Source of the DNA: Albugo candida
Lineage: Eukaryota
Assembly (NCBI GenBank): GCA_040437565.1
Contig: JBDOQK010000051.1
Location: forward strand, 62,001 to 126,000
Length of the DNA stretch: 64,000 nt
Direction: 5' to 3'
Shown here in pieces: positions 1-14,686 of this stretch (the first letter of the stretch is position 1; every line of letters begins with the position of its first letter). A program made the translations under genes and the position numbers. The notes under the pieces are model-generated. The model saw nothing but the letters and a program-made list of their open reading frames with translations. It did no database searches and had not been told where the DNA came from.

Positions 1-677
1 TGCTTCGTGGCCATACTTGAGCCGGTGGGAGGTAGTACGGCTGACTATAATTACAAAGTTCTTCAGTAATTATTCTCAAGGAATTGAACGAAAACACAGA
101 GAATCACTCCAGCAATTAAACACCATTGGCAGCACATTTTAGGTCGACAACGAGATGTCTTTTGGATTTCACTCAAAAGTATGGAATTGTTGAGCATTAT
201 GATATACCAGTAATTTATAACGATAGGGAGTATTTATGTAGTAGAACCCATTTCTATGCTGCAATTTGCATGGAATCATGTCTTTTGAGCCAATCAAAAA
301 ACGATGGTCAATCATCAATTACATCCAGTCATATTCTCTGTCTTCGATATTTTCCATCGTGATGCGTTGATGCTACATTCACGTCACTGTAGCACTGATT
401 CGAATCATCCTTAAAGTATAATCACGCATACTGCAACATGGTCTCTTATTCCAAAATTCACGGTAATTGGAAACGCTAGGAGTGACAATATCCTCTTGGT
501 TTGTGTAACCCTCAACTACCTCTTCAATTCGATATCTGATTCCATATAATGTACCGTTTCTACTTTTCACTATAACGCGCTGGACGTTCGAACTCTTGCA
601 CGCTTCTAGCAAGCGCAGCCATACACGATACCACCCACGCTGATCAAATCGCCATCTGAGAGCATCCTCTCGTCCTC

Positions 678-2315
678 ATGACGACGTCAAATTCGATGGA
701 AGTATCCGTTCCACCGCGTAACCATTCCACCGGTTCCCACATTTCCGACCCAATGAAATCTCGGGGCAACGTACTCGCACCTCTCGCACCGTATGATGAA
801 ATATCATTGAACGAAATCATGGATCCAGATAACCCATTCTTATTGGATATAATTCCGTCGTCAGATTCCGACAAAGTATCCGACCGAAATACGCCCATTT
901 TTGACGCTTTCTCCAGCTCGCCAAAAGATGAATTAGCACAAATTCAGCAGCTATATCACCCATCTGACTGCTCAGCTCCACAACTCTTGCGTTCCACCTC
1001 GACCTCTTCATTGTACGGTCCGAACTTCTCGCTCCAATCTTCCTCAATGGCACGATTTCGTGTTGCATCCCAGCATAAACACAAGCGCGTACGCTCGAGT
1101 TCCGATATGATTTACGCTTTTTTGGATTCGGATAGCATAAAAACAGAAAATGAATCGGAAAAAGTGTGTTATTCGATCTCCGACAGGAATTTGGCCTCTC
1201 CGTCTGACGAGATCTCTGACGCCGTAATGCATTCTATTCAAACCAGTTTCCAGCTTGGGGGTAGCGACGGCGTCATCGCACCATTACCCGTTGCTATTCA
1301 GCCGGTCCGAGTGACGTCACCGGTCGGATTACAAATATCATCAAGTATCGCTTATGACGAGAAAAAACACGAAATTAGCACTTCTGTAAATAATGAAAAT
1401 GATGTGGATACATTTGCAAAATTGGATACTTACCTGGGTGAGTTTTGTTGGACTGATGTTCATGGGAAGCAGCTGGAGCAAGCAAATGTTTCCAATCACG
1501 GGAACAGTATGTCAGCGGTGCATACTCTTGCGTTCGACGATACAAATGACACGGATTTGCTCATCAAAAGCAGTCAGGTCAAAGGAGGGAAGAGAAAGCG
1601 ACTTCCAACACATACGCGTCGACATTCGAATCCTTCCGGTTTGCTACAAACTGTCGCAGAACTCCATACACAGAAAATCGATACCAGCTCGAATATCACG
1701 TCGGAATTTCCACCAATCCTCTCAGATGTCAGCAATACTGAGCCATCTCATTCGTTCTTTTCGAAAGCAAGTACCCAATCTCCATTCACAAATGCAAACA
1801 GTCATGTGATTGGTTCAAATTCCCGAAATGAATCCTTTCATACGCGTCAATCTTCACTTCCCTCCAGCGCGTTACTGCAAAGTAAATTGAAAAATGCGAG
1901 AGTACAGCCGGGGTTGCCGACACTACCACTACCAGCTCGTGTTCGACGAGCATCGCATCGGTCTACTGGACTTTCTATGGACCTTTCCGACATGAATTTG
2001 GGGTTTCTTAACGGATCAGAGAATCAGCCTTCTTTGAAACAAGCACAACGACCTGCAAAGTCGAATTTTAGTCTTTTGTCGAACATGAGCATGGCGCTTG
2101 AAGACCCGAATTTGATGAATCGGAAACTATACAAATGCGGTCGCTGTGGTCAACCAAAAGTTGGTCACGTGTGCTCGATGCCGGACCACCGAAACAATTG
2201 GACTCAGGTAGATCTGGACATTACGAAAAGAGGCAATGTACAACGTCCGAGCTTACAACATTTATCGGTGCGAACGCAATGGAAAACGTTGCACCCGGAT
2301 AATGCTCGGATCTGA
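678..2315 (+). CDS. Hypothetical Ser-rich protein (545 aa) with C-terminal CxxC-x6-HxC zinc-knuckle-like motif
   Basis: Long single-exon ATG ORF; mostly low complexity; basic patch GGKRKR; motif YKCGRCGQPKVGHVC near the C-terminus. Confidence 0.8.
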   Translation: MTTSNSMEVSVPPRNHSTGSHISDPMKSRGNVLAPLAPYDEISLNEIMDPDNPFLLDIIPSSDSDKVSDRNTPIFDAFSSSPKDELAQIQQLYHPSDCSAPQLLRSTSTSSLYGPNFSLQSSSMARFRVASQHKHKRVRSSSDMIYAFLDSDSIKTENESEKVCYSISDRNLASPSDEISDAVMHSIQTSFQLGGSDGVIAPLPVAIQPVRVTSPVGLQISSSIAYDEKKHEISTSVNNENDVDTFAKLDTYLGEFCWTDVHGKQLEQANVSNHGNSMSAVHTLAFDDTNDTDLLIKSSQVKGGKRKRLPTHTRRHSNPSGLLQTVAELHTQKIDTSSNITSEFPPILSDVSNTEPSHSFFSKASTQSPFTNANSHVIGSNSRNESFHTRQSSLPSSALLQSKLKNARVQPGLPTLPLPARVRRASHRSTGLSMDLSDMNLGFLNGSENQPSLKQAQRPAKSNFSLLSNMSMALEDPNLMNRKLYKCGRCGQPKVGHVCSMPDHRNNWTQVDLDITKRGNVQRPSLQHLSVRTQWKTLHPDNARI

Positions 2316-2434
2316 TTGGTAAGAATCATGTGAAGTCAGAATAAGAATTGTCTAAACGATATAATGAAAATTATAATTTACAGTCAGCTGTGTGGTATGA
2401 TCGAATTGGCGTGGCGCACGCCATTTCAGTAGCC

Positions 2435-4034
2435 ATGCACACGGGGAGATGGTATTCGGTACTGAGCGCAGTATCAAGCTCTTTCATCAAAACTTCTTGC
2501 AGCATTTGCATCGTTTCTAGCTTCCATGCGTCTGTCGCCTCTCCATACCCACCAAGTGGTGTATCCAGTGCACATATCGCATCACATAAAACGGAATCGC
2601 AGGATTTACATCCAGGCTTCCGAAACGACTCGATTGACTCAGATCTCAGATCTGAGTACATTCAACCAAGATCTGATGCGTTCTATAAATGGATTGGATT
2701 GAGTATTGTCGTTGCTTCCGCGATCGCATCGAATTTAGGAGTGAATGTCCAGAAGCTGTCGCATGTTCAAGAAGCAAAACAAGCGCATTTAGGAAAGCGC
2801 ACTTATTACACTCGACCGCTTTGGCTCATCGGAATGATTTTGATCGTTTTTGGATCCATCGGCGATCTCATTGCTCTTGGATTTGCGCCTCAGGCTCTCG
2901 TTGCGTCAGTGGGAGGAGGATCCACGGTCCTCGTCAACGTATTTTTTGCGCATTTGTGGCTCGGACAGGTGCCCATCTATCGATACATGCACAAAAAGAA
3001 AGTGAAATACGAGTCCAATCTGTTGTAGGCGCTGACTCTTATCGATGGAATTGGGACATTTCTTATCGTCGTGGGTGTGGTCTTAAGTACGGTCGCAAAC
3101 ACTCCTGACTCGCAACTTTCTCTCGAAGAGCTCGAGTATCAATTTGTCCAATCAGAGTTTCTGGTGTACGTATTTCTGACGATTTTGGTGCTTTTATGTA
3201 TCTCAAGCGAGCTGCAAGCGATCAAAAAGACAATGAGAGCAAGAGCGGGAGACCATCAAGCTCGGAAATTGCCATTTTTATATGCCACTGCTTCTGGAAT
3301 TGTTGGGTCGTACTCTGTTCTGCTTGCAAAGGTGAGTAAAGTGGAAAGAAGAGTGAATGTTGACAATTTGAATCGGTCATAGTGTGCTGCAATTCTTCTA
3401 ATTCTGACGATAAGAGGAACGAATCAGTTTGTGTATACAACGACGTACTTGTTCGTGGGAGGAACTGTCGCTTCCTTACTGCTTCAAACGGATCTATTTA
3501 ATCGAGCCATAATGGAAGGTGATACGCTGAGAGTGTATCCAATGTTTCAGTGCTTTTGGATCGGAGTATGTCGCCTAATTGCTCGGATGATAAATTCACT
3601 GAATTTCGTCATTTTTCAAGTCTAGTTTCATTGGAGGTGTCGTTTTTTACGGGAAATATCGTCAATTTGGTATTTTTGAATGGACGTGTCTTCCAATCGC
3701 ACTCATTTGTATGTTGTATTATTACTCAATGTCGTGTCGTTTGCGAGTAAATTGTGATGCTGTAGTTATTATATCGGGAATTTATCTATTAGCACGATAC
3801 AATGAAGAGGAATTGGAGAGTACTTTGGACGCAGGCAATATCTTGAGAAGAGGACCTTTGGATCAACATCAAGGACATGGAACTCAATGTGCGCGATTTA
3901 CGACGCTGGTGCCATTGTCACCCTCACGATTTTGCTCTTCTTCAATTTTGTATCAATCAAATGGCAGTGTCGAAGAACGCACGCCATTAGTACCTTTGTC
4001 GAATACGAAGTGGGAGGCATTTGCACATTTTTGA
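2435..4034 (+). CDS. NIPA-family magnesium transporter (DMT superfamily), 5 exons
   Basis: Motifs GVNVQK, YYTRPLWLIGM, GDLIALGFAPQALVASVGG, VYPMFQCFWI, GGVVFY. GT-AG introns 2969-3028, 3332-3382, 3566-3620 and 3709-3765 join the ORF-track pieces into one frame; ATG 2435 is the first in-frame ATG. Confidence 0.88.
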
Positions 4035-5390
4035 CACAATCGATTTGCAGTTTTTGTAGCGGAAAACGTATATATCAAAAATCTTATAGGCATTTTTTCA
4101 TAGACATGCAGTACTGAATCGTTGAGCAGAATTTCAGCCGACCCCGCGATCTGTCAAAATTTTGCTCAATTTCCTGAAAAGGAACACGAGAAAAGTCTTT
4201 TTTTTTCTTTGGCATCAAATCTGACGTTGTTATCACACAATCAGAAAGTAGACAGCAAATGGCTTAATCAGCCTGCAACATGACATCCTCAATGTGTTGT
4301 TATATTGGTATGGTCTTTACGCGTGAAGGCTGCTTTCTAACATGAAAGACCTCAATCTGATAGTTTGAGGCTGTGCCTATTCTACATCAATCCTTTCTGT
4401 GATGTGTCATCGATTCCTCGGAAATAGACAGAAGTCACTCAATGCACTTCAATTTGGATTTTATCGCGTAGCAATTTCATTACTCTGACGAACGTTTTGT
4501 CCTTTGTATAAACGAGTTAATTGATCCGCTGGAACAGACCAGTGCTCCGAACTCGGCAGATGTCACCCCGTGCATTGGTGTGGACCGATATGCTGCCTTA
4601 AAGGTACATAGTCAGCTCTTCAATGACCTCGATTCCTTTCACGCTGTCGAGCAGATTTCTCATTTACGAAAAGTTTCCACAATATGGTCGTCGCTTTCTG
4701 TACGTTTGTCACCATAGCGAATTCCTTCCACAGTCTCTATCATCTTAAGGAAGTGTATTCGTTGTTTCAACAACTTGAATTCTCATTAGGTCGCTGTGAA
4801 ATGAAGTATGTTGCATCGTTTTGATTCAAACTTTACTGCGGGTGGACGAGAAGCCCTTTGGAGATAAAATAAATAAGTATCACTGAGCAAACTAATTACT
4901 ATAATCAAAATACCAACATGTTTCGACTGGAGTCGTAAGCTTTGAATAGTAGCCATCAAGATAGTATAATGCAAAAATCAAAGCCTTTCCTGGAGTGGCT
5001 CTGGCTGGCATCACTCCCTTGACACGATACCAAAAAATGGTGGATGTACAGTTTGAATGGGAGAGTCCACAGTCTTTATGCATCGTATGTGCGTCTTTGA
5101 TAGCAGTATCTATACACCATTTTGCCGGAGTAATGGTCAACAGGAAGCCAATTCTTTACAATCAATTTCAGAACTGATCTGAAGTCAGACTTGAAATCTG
5201 TCTCTTCTGGAAGACTCGTCATGAGAAACGGAAGGTACTTGCCTTCTTGTTCGACCCTTTGAATTCTCGAATAGAGCACGAGTCACTAGAGTTGACATTA
5301 AGGCTCTTCCGGTCATATGAGAACTCTTAAAAAAAGACTATTTCGTTTAAGGGTATCAACGCTATTGTTTGCTACAGCTTCTCTCAATAC

Positions 5391-7128
5391 GTTGTACATT
5401 GTTATCTTACACATCTCCACCTGCCCCTGTTCTACCTCGCCGTAAAACATTCTCCTCACCTTTACGAGAAAATCAACCGTCTTTCTACCAAATGGATCAA
5501 AAGATAAATTACGATTAGTCGAACGTGCATATTCTATTGACTCGCAGCGCTGAATACTTTATGGGAAAAAGATAAAGAAGCATATCAATCAGTTTCCTCT
5601 CTATTTCTCTCTGTTCGTTTCTGTCGACTTTTTCAGTGATAAAATTTTAATTAGGAATCACATTCCGTTCATTCTCTTTACTTCAAGCGTGGAACAGTAA
5701 CAATCCTAGCATAATACACAATGTCATTTTAGTCCCTTGAATAAACGACCCTAACTTGATTCTCAACAACCAGGACATCTTTCGCATTTGTATTGTAAAA
5801 AGAGAGATCAAAAGTTTCTTCAGTCAAAGGTATCTATTCTTTGTATGAGACTAAATAAACCTTAATATGCTTGAGATTTCTGAAATCATTCATCTAGATA
5901 CCAAAATGTTTCACAAATAGACCGCCCTCCGTTAGGGTTGACTCCCTCCAATACATCATGAGAACATTTTGCCATGAATATATACTGTCCAGCAGGAATG
6001 CTCACTTACATATGAGCTTTCACATCACTGGTTGAATATAGCTATTCAAATAGGGCTAAGATCACAGTTACGCTTGCAATGAGATCCGGACTCAGAAATA
6101 AGTAAACGAATAATCCATACATGAGAACCTGATCCAGGATTCATGCAATGCTCGCTCGCCTAGATCATAACACAAAAATGCCGAATTTGCGCACTGTACG
6201 TGATGTAGCNNNNNNNNNNNNNNNNNNNNNNNNNNNNNNNNNNNNNNNNNNNNNNNNNNNNNNNNNNNNNNNNNNNNNNNNNNNNNNNNNNNNNNNNNNN
6301 NNNNNNNNNGTTGTACATTGTTATCTTACACATCTCCACCTGCCCCTGTTCTACCTCGCCGTAAAACATTCTCCTCACCTTTACGAGAAAATCAACCGTC
6401 TTTCTACCAAATGGATCAAAAGATAAATTACGATTAGTCGAACGTGCATATTCTATTGACTCGCAGCGCTGAATACTTTATGGGAAAAAGATAAAGAAGC
6501 ATATCAATCAGTTTCCTCTCTATTTCTCTCTGTTCGTTTCTGTCGACTTTTTCAGTGATAAAATTTTAATTAGGAATCACATTCCGTTCATTCTCTTTAC
6601 TTCAAGCGTGGAACAGTAACAATCCTAGCATAATACACAATGTCATTTTAGTCCCTTGAATAAACGACCCTAACTTGATTCTCAACAACCAGGACATCTT
6701 TCGCATTTGTATTGTAAAAAGAGAGATCAAAAGTTTCTTCAGTCAAAGGTATCTATTCTTTGTATGAGACTAAATAAACCTTAATATGCTTGAGATTTCT
6801 GAAATCATTCATCTAGATACCAAAATGTTTCACAAATAGACCGCCCTCCGTTAGGGTTGACTCCCTCCAATACATCATGAGAACATTTTGCCATGAATAT
6901 ATACTGTCCAGCAGGAATGCTCACTTACATATGAGCTTTCACATCACTGGTTGAATATAGCTATTCAAATAGGGCTAAGATCACAGTTACGCTTGCAATG
7001 AGATCCGGACTCAGAAATAAGTAAACGAATAATCCATACATGAGAACCTGATCCAGGATTCATGCAATGCTCGCTCGCCTAGATCATAACACAAAAATGC
7101 CGAATTTGCGCACTGTACGTGATGTAGC
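5391..7128. repeat. 819-bp direct duplication flanking a 100-N gap (5391-6209 = 6310-7128), probable scaffolding artefact
   Basis: Identical sequence ends at the left edge and restarts at the right edge of the N run. Confidence 0.9.
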
Positions 7129-10100
7129 TCGCGCAAGTGCTAGAATAGTCCAACTTGTTGAACAAACGACGATTTCAATCTGTCCAAGCGAATTGCAGCG
7201 TTACTCCCTGCAATGCAAGCTGTAACTCGGATAAAGTTTGGTGGTGCTCTTCTTATTTCGTCCATGTCATCTGCACAACACCACACGAAACGTCTGTCCA
7301 ATATGGACGAGAGAAAACAAAGCTTTTGAGTCGAACGCGTCTTCTAGCACATTATGCCTTACGTCTGCATTTGAAGTAGAGATGTCGGCTGGATTCAGGT
7401 GTCGCACGAGGAGACTGAGGGCGCAGTATAATGTCGGGCTGGATCTCCTTGAAAAAACGGCTTCCTTCTATTCTTTGCAATTTACACAAGGTGACGGACC
7501 ACTCTTGGTTGGTTGGATCCAAGTAATGAGATCAAAGTCGTGTCCTTACGCTGGAGTATCTGGGTGAATTCATTTTAGAGTGTATTCAGCAATATTCTAC
7601 AGCCAAATTCAATTTAGTGAGCTTTTTCACGTTGTGGTATTTTATCGATAAAGGCTACTTATGTATGCCATATGTCGCAATATTGAAATCCCATATGCTA
7701 CAAAAACGGATCTTCAAATTTCTTCATGGGGTTCATCCGAGATTGCGTGAAAGTTATTCATCCTCGGAGAACAATTAGGATCTCTATAATGAGGTGTGTA
7801 CTCGCAAAGGAATCAGAACGGTTGCTATATATGGTGTTGAAGATATTAATAATGGCAACAGCCGTCATTAATATCAAAATAATAACACCTAGGCGGGAGC
7901 CGATCTCACCTCTTCTTCACCCACTACCCCGCCAAATCGCTAGAAGAACGCCTGGATTCATTCAATGCCAAACTTTGAACGAATATTTTGACCAAGAAGT
8001 ACTCTATTACTACACTTTATTTCAATAGCAATGTGGTGCGAGGTTGAACATATCGATTGGCTTGAGTGGTACAACAAGAGAATGTGACGTTGTGATAATT
8101 CGAAGCAAGTCTCCAATATGTAGCATAAAGCAAGACGCATTCAGTGCGAATGGGTACATTAAAGCTTCAATCGGGCCACCTAAAACGCTTTCAGGACTAA
8201 TATCATGGGGAAGATGATACAAAAGCCTATTCCGGTCAATCTCACGTGATTCGGATTATTTTCTGTTTCAAACAAAATAAGTCGAGTTAGCATGAATTGC
8301 CACTATCGCTTAGTATCTGCTGTTGTGCCCACGTGCATCGTGCAATACCACGGAGATTAACAACGGACACTGCGTACAAGTCAAAAACATATAATAAATC
8401 CAACATAAAGAAGCTTATCGAGAGTTGTGGTTCCCTTCAAATGAACAGGGATCTGCCTGAAAAGTGCCAAGATCCCTGGATGATTATGAAGGAAAATAAA
8501 GCCAAGTATTTACATTGGTGATACGAAGACTTGAAACCATCCGATAACCGACAGCAAGCCCAGCTAAACAGCATTTGAATTAATACAAAGAACATGTTCA
8601 CATGTCGTAGTAAGAACTTACTTGAAAGTTTAACGTCATCAGACAATCAATTTCGAAAGAGATTAACCCTTTTCAATTCACTTCATGGTGCTGTGGACGA
8701 TGCAATATTGCTTTTAGTCATAAGCTGCTTCCGTCTCTGTGTTCAGATACAGAGACACAACACCAGCTCTAAAACGCTTTTAACATTCATTTCTCTATAT
8801 GAATGCAATCGATCTGTAGTTTCCAGGATTACATATTGATCGACTTTCTTACAGCTGATACGCTGTGGCTAGTAGACTTAAAGTTACGTCGGCTGGCATG
8901 TCCAGCATATTGAGAAAAGTATTATATGTGGATTTCGAGACGCTTGTTCATTTGAAACGGACTTCCTTTAATTTCTTCCGTAAGTTGAGAATATTATACT
9001 AGTCGTGATGAGAATTGACATGTTCTCTCCCAGATGATTGCGCTGAGTTGCAAAATAACTGTTGTCTTCAAGTTTTATCCTTGTATATTTGTCGTGTTTA
9101 TTGAGTCTTTACATGTCATGGTGTTAGATATTGATACATAAAGATGTTTTGGGACTACTGCTGCAGGGTATTAGTTTTGTCGCAACGCTTTTAGTCAGAT
9201 TTTTTATCCAAAAAGATATACCACGCCCATTTCTCAGTGATATCGTAATCGTTCTGGTAGCACTACCTCATTCAGATTGTTCGAGCTGGAGCATCCCCCG
9301 AGTCGATATCGGAGCTATAGAGAGAATCCATGAAACCACCTAATGATCCCTAAATTCGTCAGGCTGGTAGAACGAGGAATGTACTGTTTTAGATAGCTAA
9401 ATACCCGATGCGTAAATGTCGATCCGAAGAATATTGAAAAACAACCACTTTTTTGGTCATTTATCGCCTCATCCTAAATAGAGAGAGGTAACCCAAATAC
9501 GGATTCCAAATACCTCCTGCGCTGCTCTCTTGACCTGAATGATATTGGTAAAAATACGAGTAAAGAACTGGCATCATAATGCCGCAAAGTTTCGAAGTTG
9601 AGTGCAAAAAATACAGTGTGCCTCCGCCAGAACTGCTGCACCACATTCAGCATTATAAACAGACATGGGAAACTTTGATAGTGATCATCAAACCTGGCTA
9701 TCTGAAACATAAGTGTATGAGATGTTGAGATTGTGTTGTCTATCTGAAAAAGCCAATTCTATAAACACCCCTGACAGTCATCGTAAGCGCTGATTGGTTA
9801 TGTGACATGTAAATGATGCCGGAGACCTCTGCTACACCATCTAGCAACTTTAAAAGTGAAGACTCAGAATTTGTTCTATTCAATACCTAAAAAGTACGGA
9901 TAGCTCGTCGATTGTACCAATGTTGAATCTTTCTATTTTCCTACAAATCAATGTGGTCAACAACTACCATCCACCTTCGCACATGACTTTGGTAGCAAAA
10001 CATTGGTATGCCATAAACGACAATGACGAGCTTAGTCTAGAGAGCATACGACGATGATAAAACAATGGACGCAGATAAGGTTTATATTGCATCGAGGGTT

Positions 10101-11677
10101 GAGTAAAACAAGCAATACACCCCTTATGAAAGTCTTTTGTTCCTCTGTGTGGTGACCCAGGCGAGTTACGTACTAATTTCGGTATCAACTTTTACCGCGT
10201 TTTTTGCACATTACATTACGCTATTAAGAGCTGCTCAGCAATGCGTAGCCATCAAAAATTTTGAGAAGAGAAATACGCGGCAAGATTGTACCTAGAAAAT
10301 CATTTTAATTATCAGAAGTAGAGGCGATACTTCCTGCAATTCACTATCATTCGACAATTCCATGGAAAAAGGATCCCATTATTGGTTTTGAAAAGGTCTA
10401 GAGCTGACTGAACTGATTTCATTCAATTTCAAGTCAAATGAAATGCCAGCACGCAGGTGTAATATGTGCATCATCTTTCATCACCCTGTAACAGAGTTGC
10501 CATTAAAGCTTTTCCGAATCGCTTTTCGTGAGCAGGATAGGTTTGCCAAATAGGATACGTTGTTGCTCTTGTACCTACCGTAGAACGGTTCTGATGAAAT
10601 TATGCTACTTCTTCTGTAGTCGCCTGCATGTTTGACGTAAACGCTTTGTCCAGTACGACTTGAATACATTTATATTCCAACAAATTTGAAATTCCTTTGA
10701 ATCTGGTAGCTTTATTCTATGGATGAGAGAACAGATATGTGATGTTTTGTCGTCAAAAAGGTAGTAGCTGCAGTCAAGCATTCACAATATCTGAAGGCAT
10801 GGTACAGCTGTATGTCTACACTCGGGTGGGTCTGCTTATGAAAATACTTGAACGTGAGTTATTTCAAATCGGATCGTTTTGTTTAACTGTAGTTGTCACG
10901 TTTGATTTGAATCGAAAAACAAGTTCATCTACGTTAGACACAATAAGGGATATTTTCTGGTTAAATTATCTACTGGTTCTGTGGATGATACAATGATATT
11001 ACATTGAGCGTTCTGACTCAGTTTGATCTAACGTCGCTGCTTTGCTAAGGTGGCTCGCCTTTTCTCAAGACGCGATGAAAATATTTTGTATGGTAGTTGA
11101 TTGCATACGTGCTCAACCTGTCCATCATTTCGGAGCAAGCGAAAGACGAAAATCGAATTTTACACGTTAAAATTACTGTTCAAATACTACCCATTCAATG
11201 TAGTCGAAGAGGATACCACATCTCTACTGGCGTAGATACAGCATGATACGTTCGCCTTACACCTTCATAACGAATCTGAAGACATCTCGGTAGTTTCTGT
11301 ATTTGGAAGCGCCATAATCGTAAACAGACCATTTCGCCTAGTATTTTGACCGGCTCGCTCTTTCTCGGTTCTTCCCCTTCTCATCCAATAGACATTCGAT
11401 CTTAAGACTCCAAGTACCTAACCATCCCGCAGCCGAATCAGTGAATAATGACCACCGGGTAAAAAGGTTCCGGATTATTAGTTCCATGATTTATCAATCC
11501 GAGCACTTACGAACGCTCCAACCTTATCCGAAAACATCGGATAATCTCCGGCATGACGATGTATCATTTCAAAACTGTTCAGTACTTTGGATTTTGAAGG
11601 TCCACGGAGTTCATTGTTTTTGTATTGTCTTTGATATTACCCAAGGGACGATTGGATTTGAAACGAGCTGCTAAACT

Positions 11678-12181
11678 GGGACTCTTGACTTCATGGATAT
11701 TTTCTGAGGCTTCTTTTTACTTCCAGACTATCGATTAACCGCTATGTGCCGACTCTCATTGATTACTTTACACATTATCACGTTGTGATCATCAATCATG
11801 CGGTCAAATAGTGCTCTGTTATTCAGCACGGTTTATCGGTCAATAGAAAGGAATCGTACATCCATTCCACCGTCGAATANNNNNNNNNNNNNNNNNNNNN
11901 NNNNNNNNNNNNNNNNNNNNNNNNNNNNNNNNNNNNNNNNNNNNNNNNNNNNNNNNNNNNNNNNNNNNNNNNNNNNNNNGGGACTCTTGACTTCATGGAT
12001 ATTTTCTGAGGCTTCTTTTTACTTCCAGACTATCGATTAACCGCTATGTGCCGACTCTCATTGATTACTTTACACATTATCACGTTGTGATCATCAATCA
12101 TGCGGTCAAATAGTGCTCTGTTATTCAGCACGGTTTATCGGTCAATAGAAAGGAATCGTACATCCATTCCACCGTCGAATA
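11678..12181. repeat. 202-bp duplication flanking a 100-N gap (11678-11879 = 11980-12181), probable artefact
   Basis: Identical flanks on both sides of the gap. Confidence 0.9.
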
Positions 12182-13635
12182 ATCTCATCATTTTGCAATT
12201 TTCTTGCCATATATGAGACAATTAATCACTAATATAGCTGTTTGTTCGGAAAGGAAGATTATATCTTTGAAATGAAATCAAGCTGTGAAAGGTCGTTTTC
12301 GAAATTTGTTTTACAGATCAGCTGATTACTGAATTACTTTCCAGATATCAAATAAAGCGCGCTATGGGAAAATGGTTGACGATGAAATAATCCACTTGAA
12401 TAGCTCTGCTACCCTCAATAACATGAATGAGATACGTCACTAGGGATGCGTGAAGGAGCATAAATCGACGACCCTTCTGAGTTTAAAGACCAACCAATCG
12501 GTTATATTTGCAAGAATCGCGAAGGCTTCGACCGTGTCGAAGTAGAAGGTAAATGGAGACTATCTGCCGCCATTGGAAAGAAGAATTTGCAGTTAGAGAG
12601 CCTTAATATTTGGTAGGGCAACAGTGATTTGATAATTGTTTGATTTGAAGACTGTTTATCGCAATGATGCTGACCATATGGTAAAAGGGTTTTGATTAAT
12701 GATTCGATCAGACTAATTGAAACCGCTGTGACAAGTTCGCAATTCTTGTTATCTTGGGTTGCAAATGGTTTCATCAAATCTCTTGTTTGTAAAGATGCAA
12801 AAACCATTTTACAGGTTGAACAATTAGCGATACTGAACTTCAAGCCTTAATGCTCGGATTTCAGTATGCCTCAATCATGTGACCCTCCAAATATTTCCAA
12901 AACCTATCATGATAGATACGTGCTATAAATAGACCATTCATAATGCTTGAAGACGAACGACGACGCTCATGACTACAGAATTAATTCCTTTCTCGACAGC
13001 CTTATTGCAATGTAAGGCACATATAAATCCGGTGAAAAAGAGGGTGGGTACCCAGGCTGCTAACAAGGTATAGATGATGTGGTATTCTGACTTATGCTGA
13101 TTAGTCCTACATTCATCATGCCTCTTCTTTCTATACAATCACACTTTCACCACTGCATAATTAACGTGAATATTCAACATGGCATAGGTTAGGTGTGATT
13201 GGTTGTGAGCGCAAACTTCACACTTATTGATTATGATGCATATTAAATATAGGTGGCATATTGTGAATCTGCCCGACTTAATTACTCCGTAGGCAACTAT
13301 ATGGAGACATAACGATTCATGAGCTAGTGAGAATTGTGTTGGTCATTAAAGTAATCAACTCGTCGTCAAAGAAGTCGTATCTTCCACTTCTCGAAAAATT
13401 CTATGCCATAGGCGGCTTGAGTAGTCTTCTCACGAATAAAGTCGCTGTGCCCTTCATTTTATCAGGTCACCATTCATTAGATACTTTCTGTAACAAACAG
13501 CCGTTGGTATATACCACGGAGTCGGCCATCGTTTGTCAAAAACACTTGCAAAAAATATTAATGTTTATAATTGAATTCAAAAAATTTACCTTGTCTTTAG
13601 CAATCTGAAGCATATACTAGCTTGGTGTACTTTCA

Positions 13636-14686
13636 CTATATATGTTCCTTCGGTGCCTTGGTTTTACGTTTCATATACGACCCAAGTGACAATCGAATAT
13701 CTATAGTCGTCACTGGCCGCAGTCCTACGGGACGTCTCATTTGCATTCCATTTTCATTATAAGAGAGGCTTGCGCAATGCATCCCAACGCAAAAAGAAAG
13801 GATGGTTGATAGAGCGGGACGCATCCAAACGTATCCACTACGTTCGACTTCGCTTCTGTAAAAGAAAAAAAGCTCTGTATGCTCCGCTAGGCATTTCAAA
13901 CAATCATACGATCTAGAATCCGCGAATTTGATCTCCACGAGAGCGATGTTGTTTGACGCTGGCCAGATTTGTGGGCTATCTGTCGCTGCGAAAGGAGACA
14001 GCGGGCTTGTTGGTGACTTGAGCCCATTCATGTTTTCTTCAATCTGGNNNNNNNNNNNNNNNNNNNNNNNNNNNNNNNNNNNNNNNNNNNNNNNNNNNNN
14101 NNNNNNNNNNNNNNNNNNNNNNNNNNNNNNNNNNNNNNNNNNNNNNNTGGTGCTGTAGGGGAGGCCAAACACCTACCGAATTCAGATTCTGGTTAAATTC
14201 GATCACTTTATTTCGTCTACGTGATTGCGTAACCGTGAACGCTCGGTGAATAGAACAGAATTTCAAGGGAACCGCTTGTATCCTACTACATTTTCTATGG
14301 AGAAGACACTTGTGTGATGATTCCGAGATTGCTTTCAGTGTCATTTTTTATGCAGCCCTAGAGACATCAAATAGTAAAGGAGATCTGTGGATTAGTTGAG
14401 CTTAATATGTAATTCTTAAATTCGACTTGATGCAGTAGCGACAATTTCTATCAATTTTGCCGTGATACACCGCAAGACAGCTTTCGTGCAGCTCCATGCG
14501 CATATCGAGATGTGATGGCTTCGAGTATACCTCCAAGCTGTTGAAATAATGCTCACAATTTTGTCCACAGTCATCCGGATGACGCACAAGTATGACTCTG
14601 CAATCCTTACATTTCAAAATTGTCTGACTGCTTTTTGTAAAAATCAGCGAGATGTATGAAGATGAGATGACCACCAAACGATATCC
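13636..14686 (-). pseudogene. Decayed in-frame 3' extension of the CCG effector (further Cys modules)
   Basis: ORFs 14402-14677 and 14344-14148 are in the same frame as 14687-15805, separated only by TAA codons at 14689, 14404 and 14350; these ORFs and the post-gap ORF ending at 13636 carry more CxxC...C-x-C...C modules (CRYCIKS, CLLHRKC, CLKCLAE, CVGMHC). Confidence 0.7.

Noticed and set aside
5391-7128. Apparent tandem duplications at gaps (also 11678-12181, 21304-22329, 22806-24011, 43167-43772, 57232-57377)
   Set aside because: Each is an identical copy ending and restarting exactly at a 100-N spacer, and collapsing two of them restores a single ORF; these are unmerged contig overlaps, not biology.
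4200-13600. Short ORFs across the gene-sparse interval (e.g. 12502-12843 with CSTC)
   Set aside because: No recognisable motifs, signal peptides or consistent splice structure; may be old pseudogene debris but cannot be supported.
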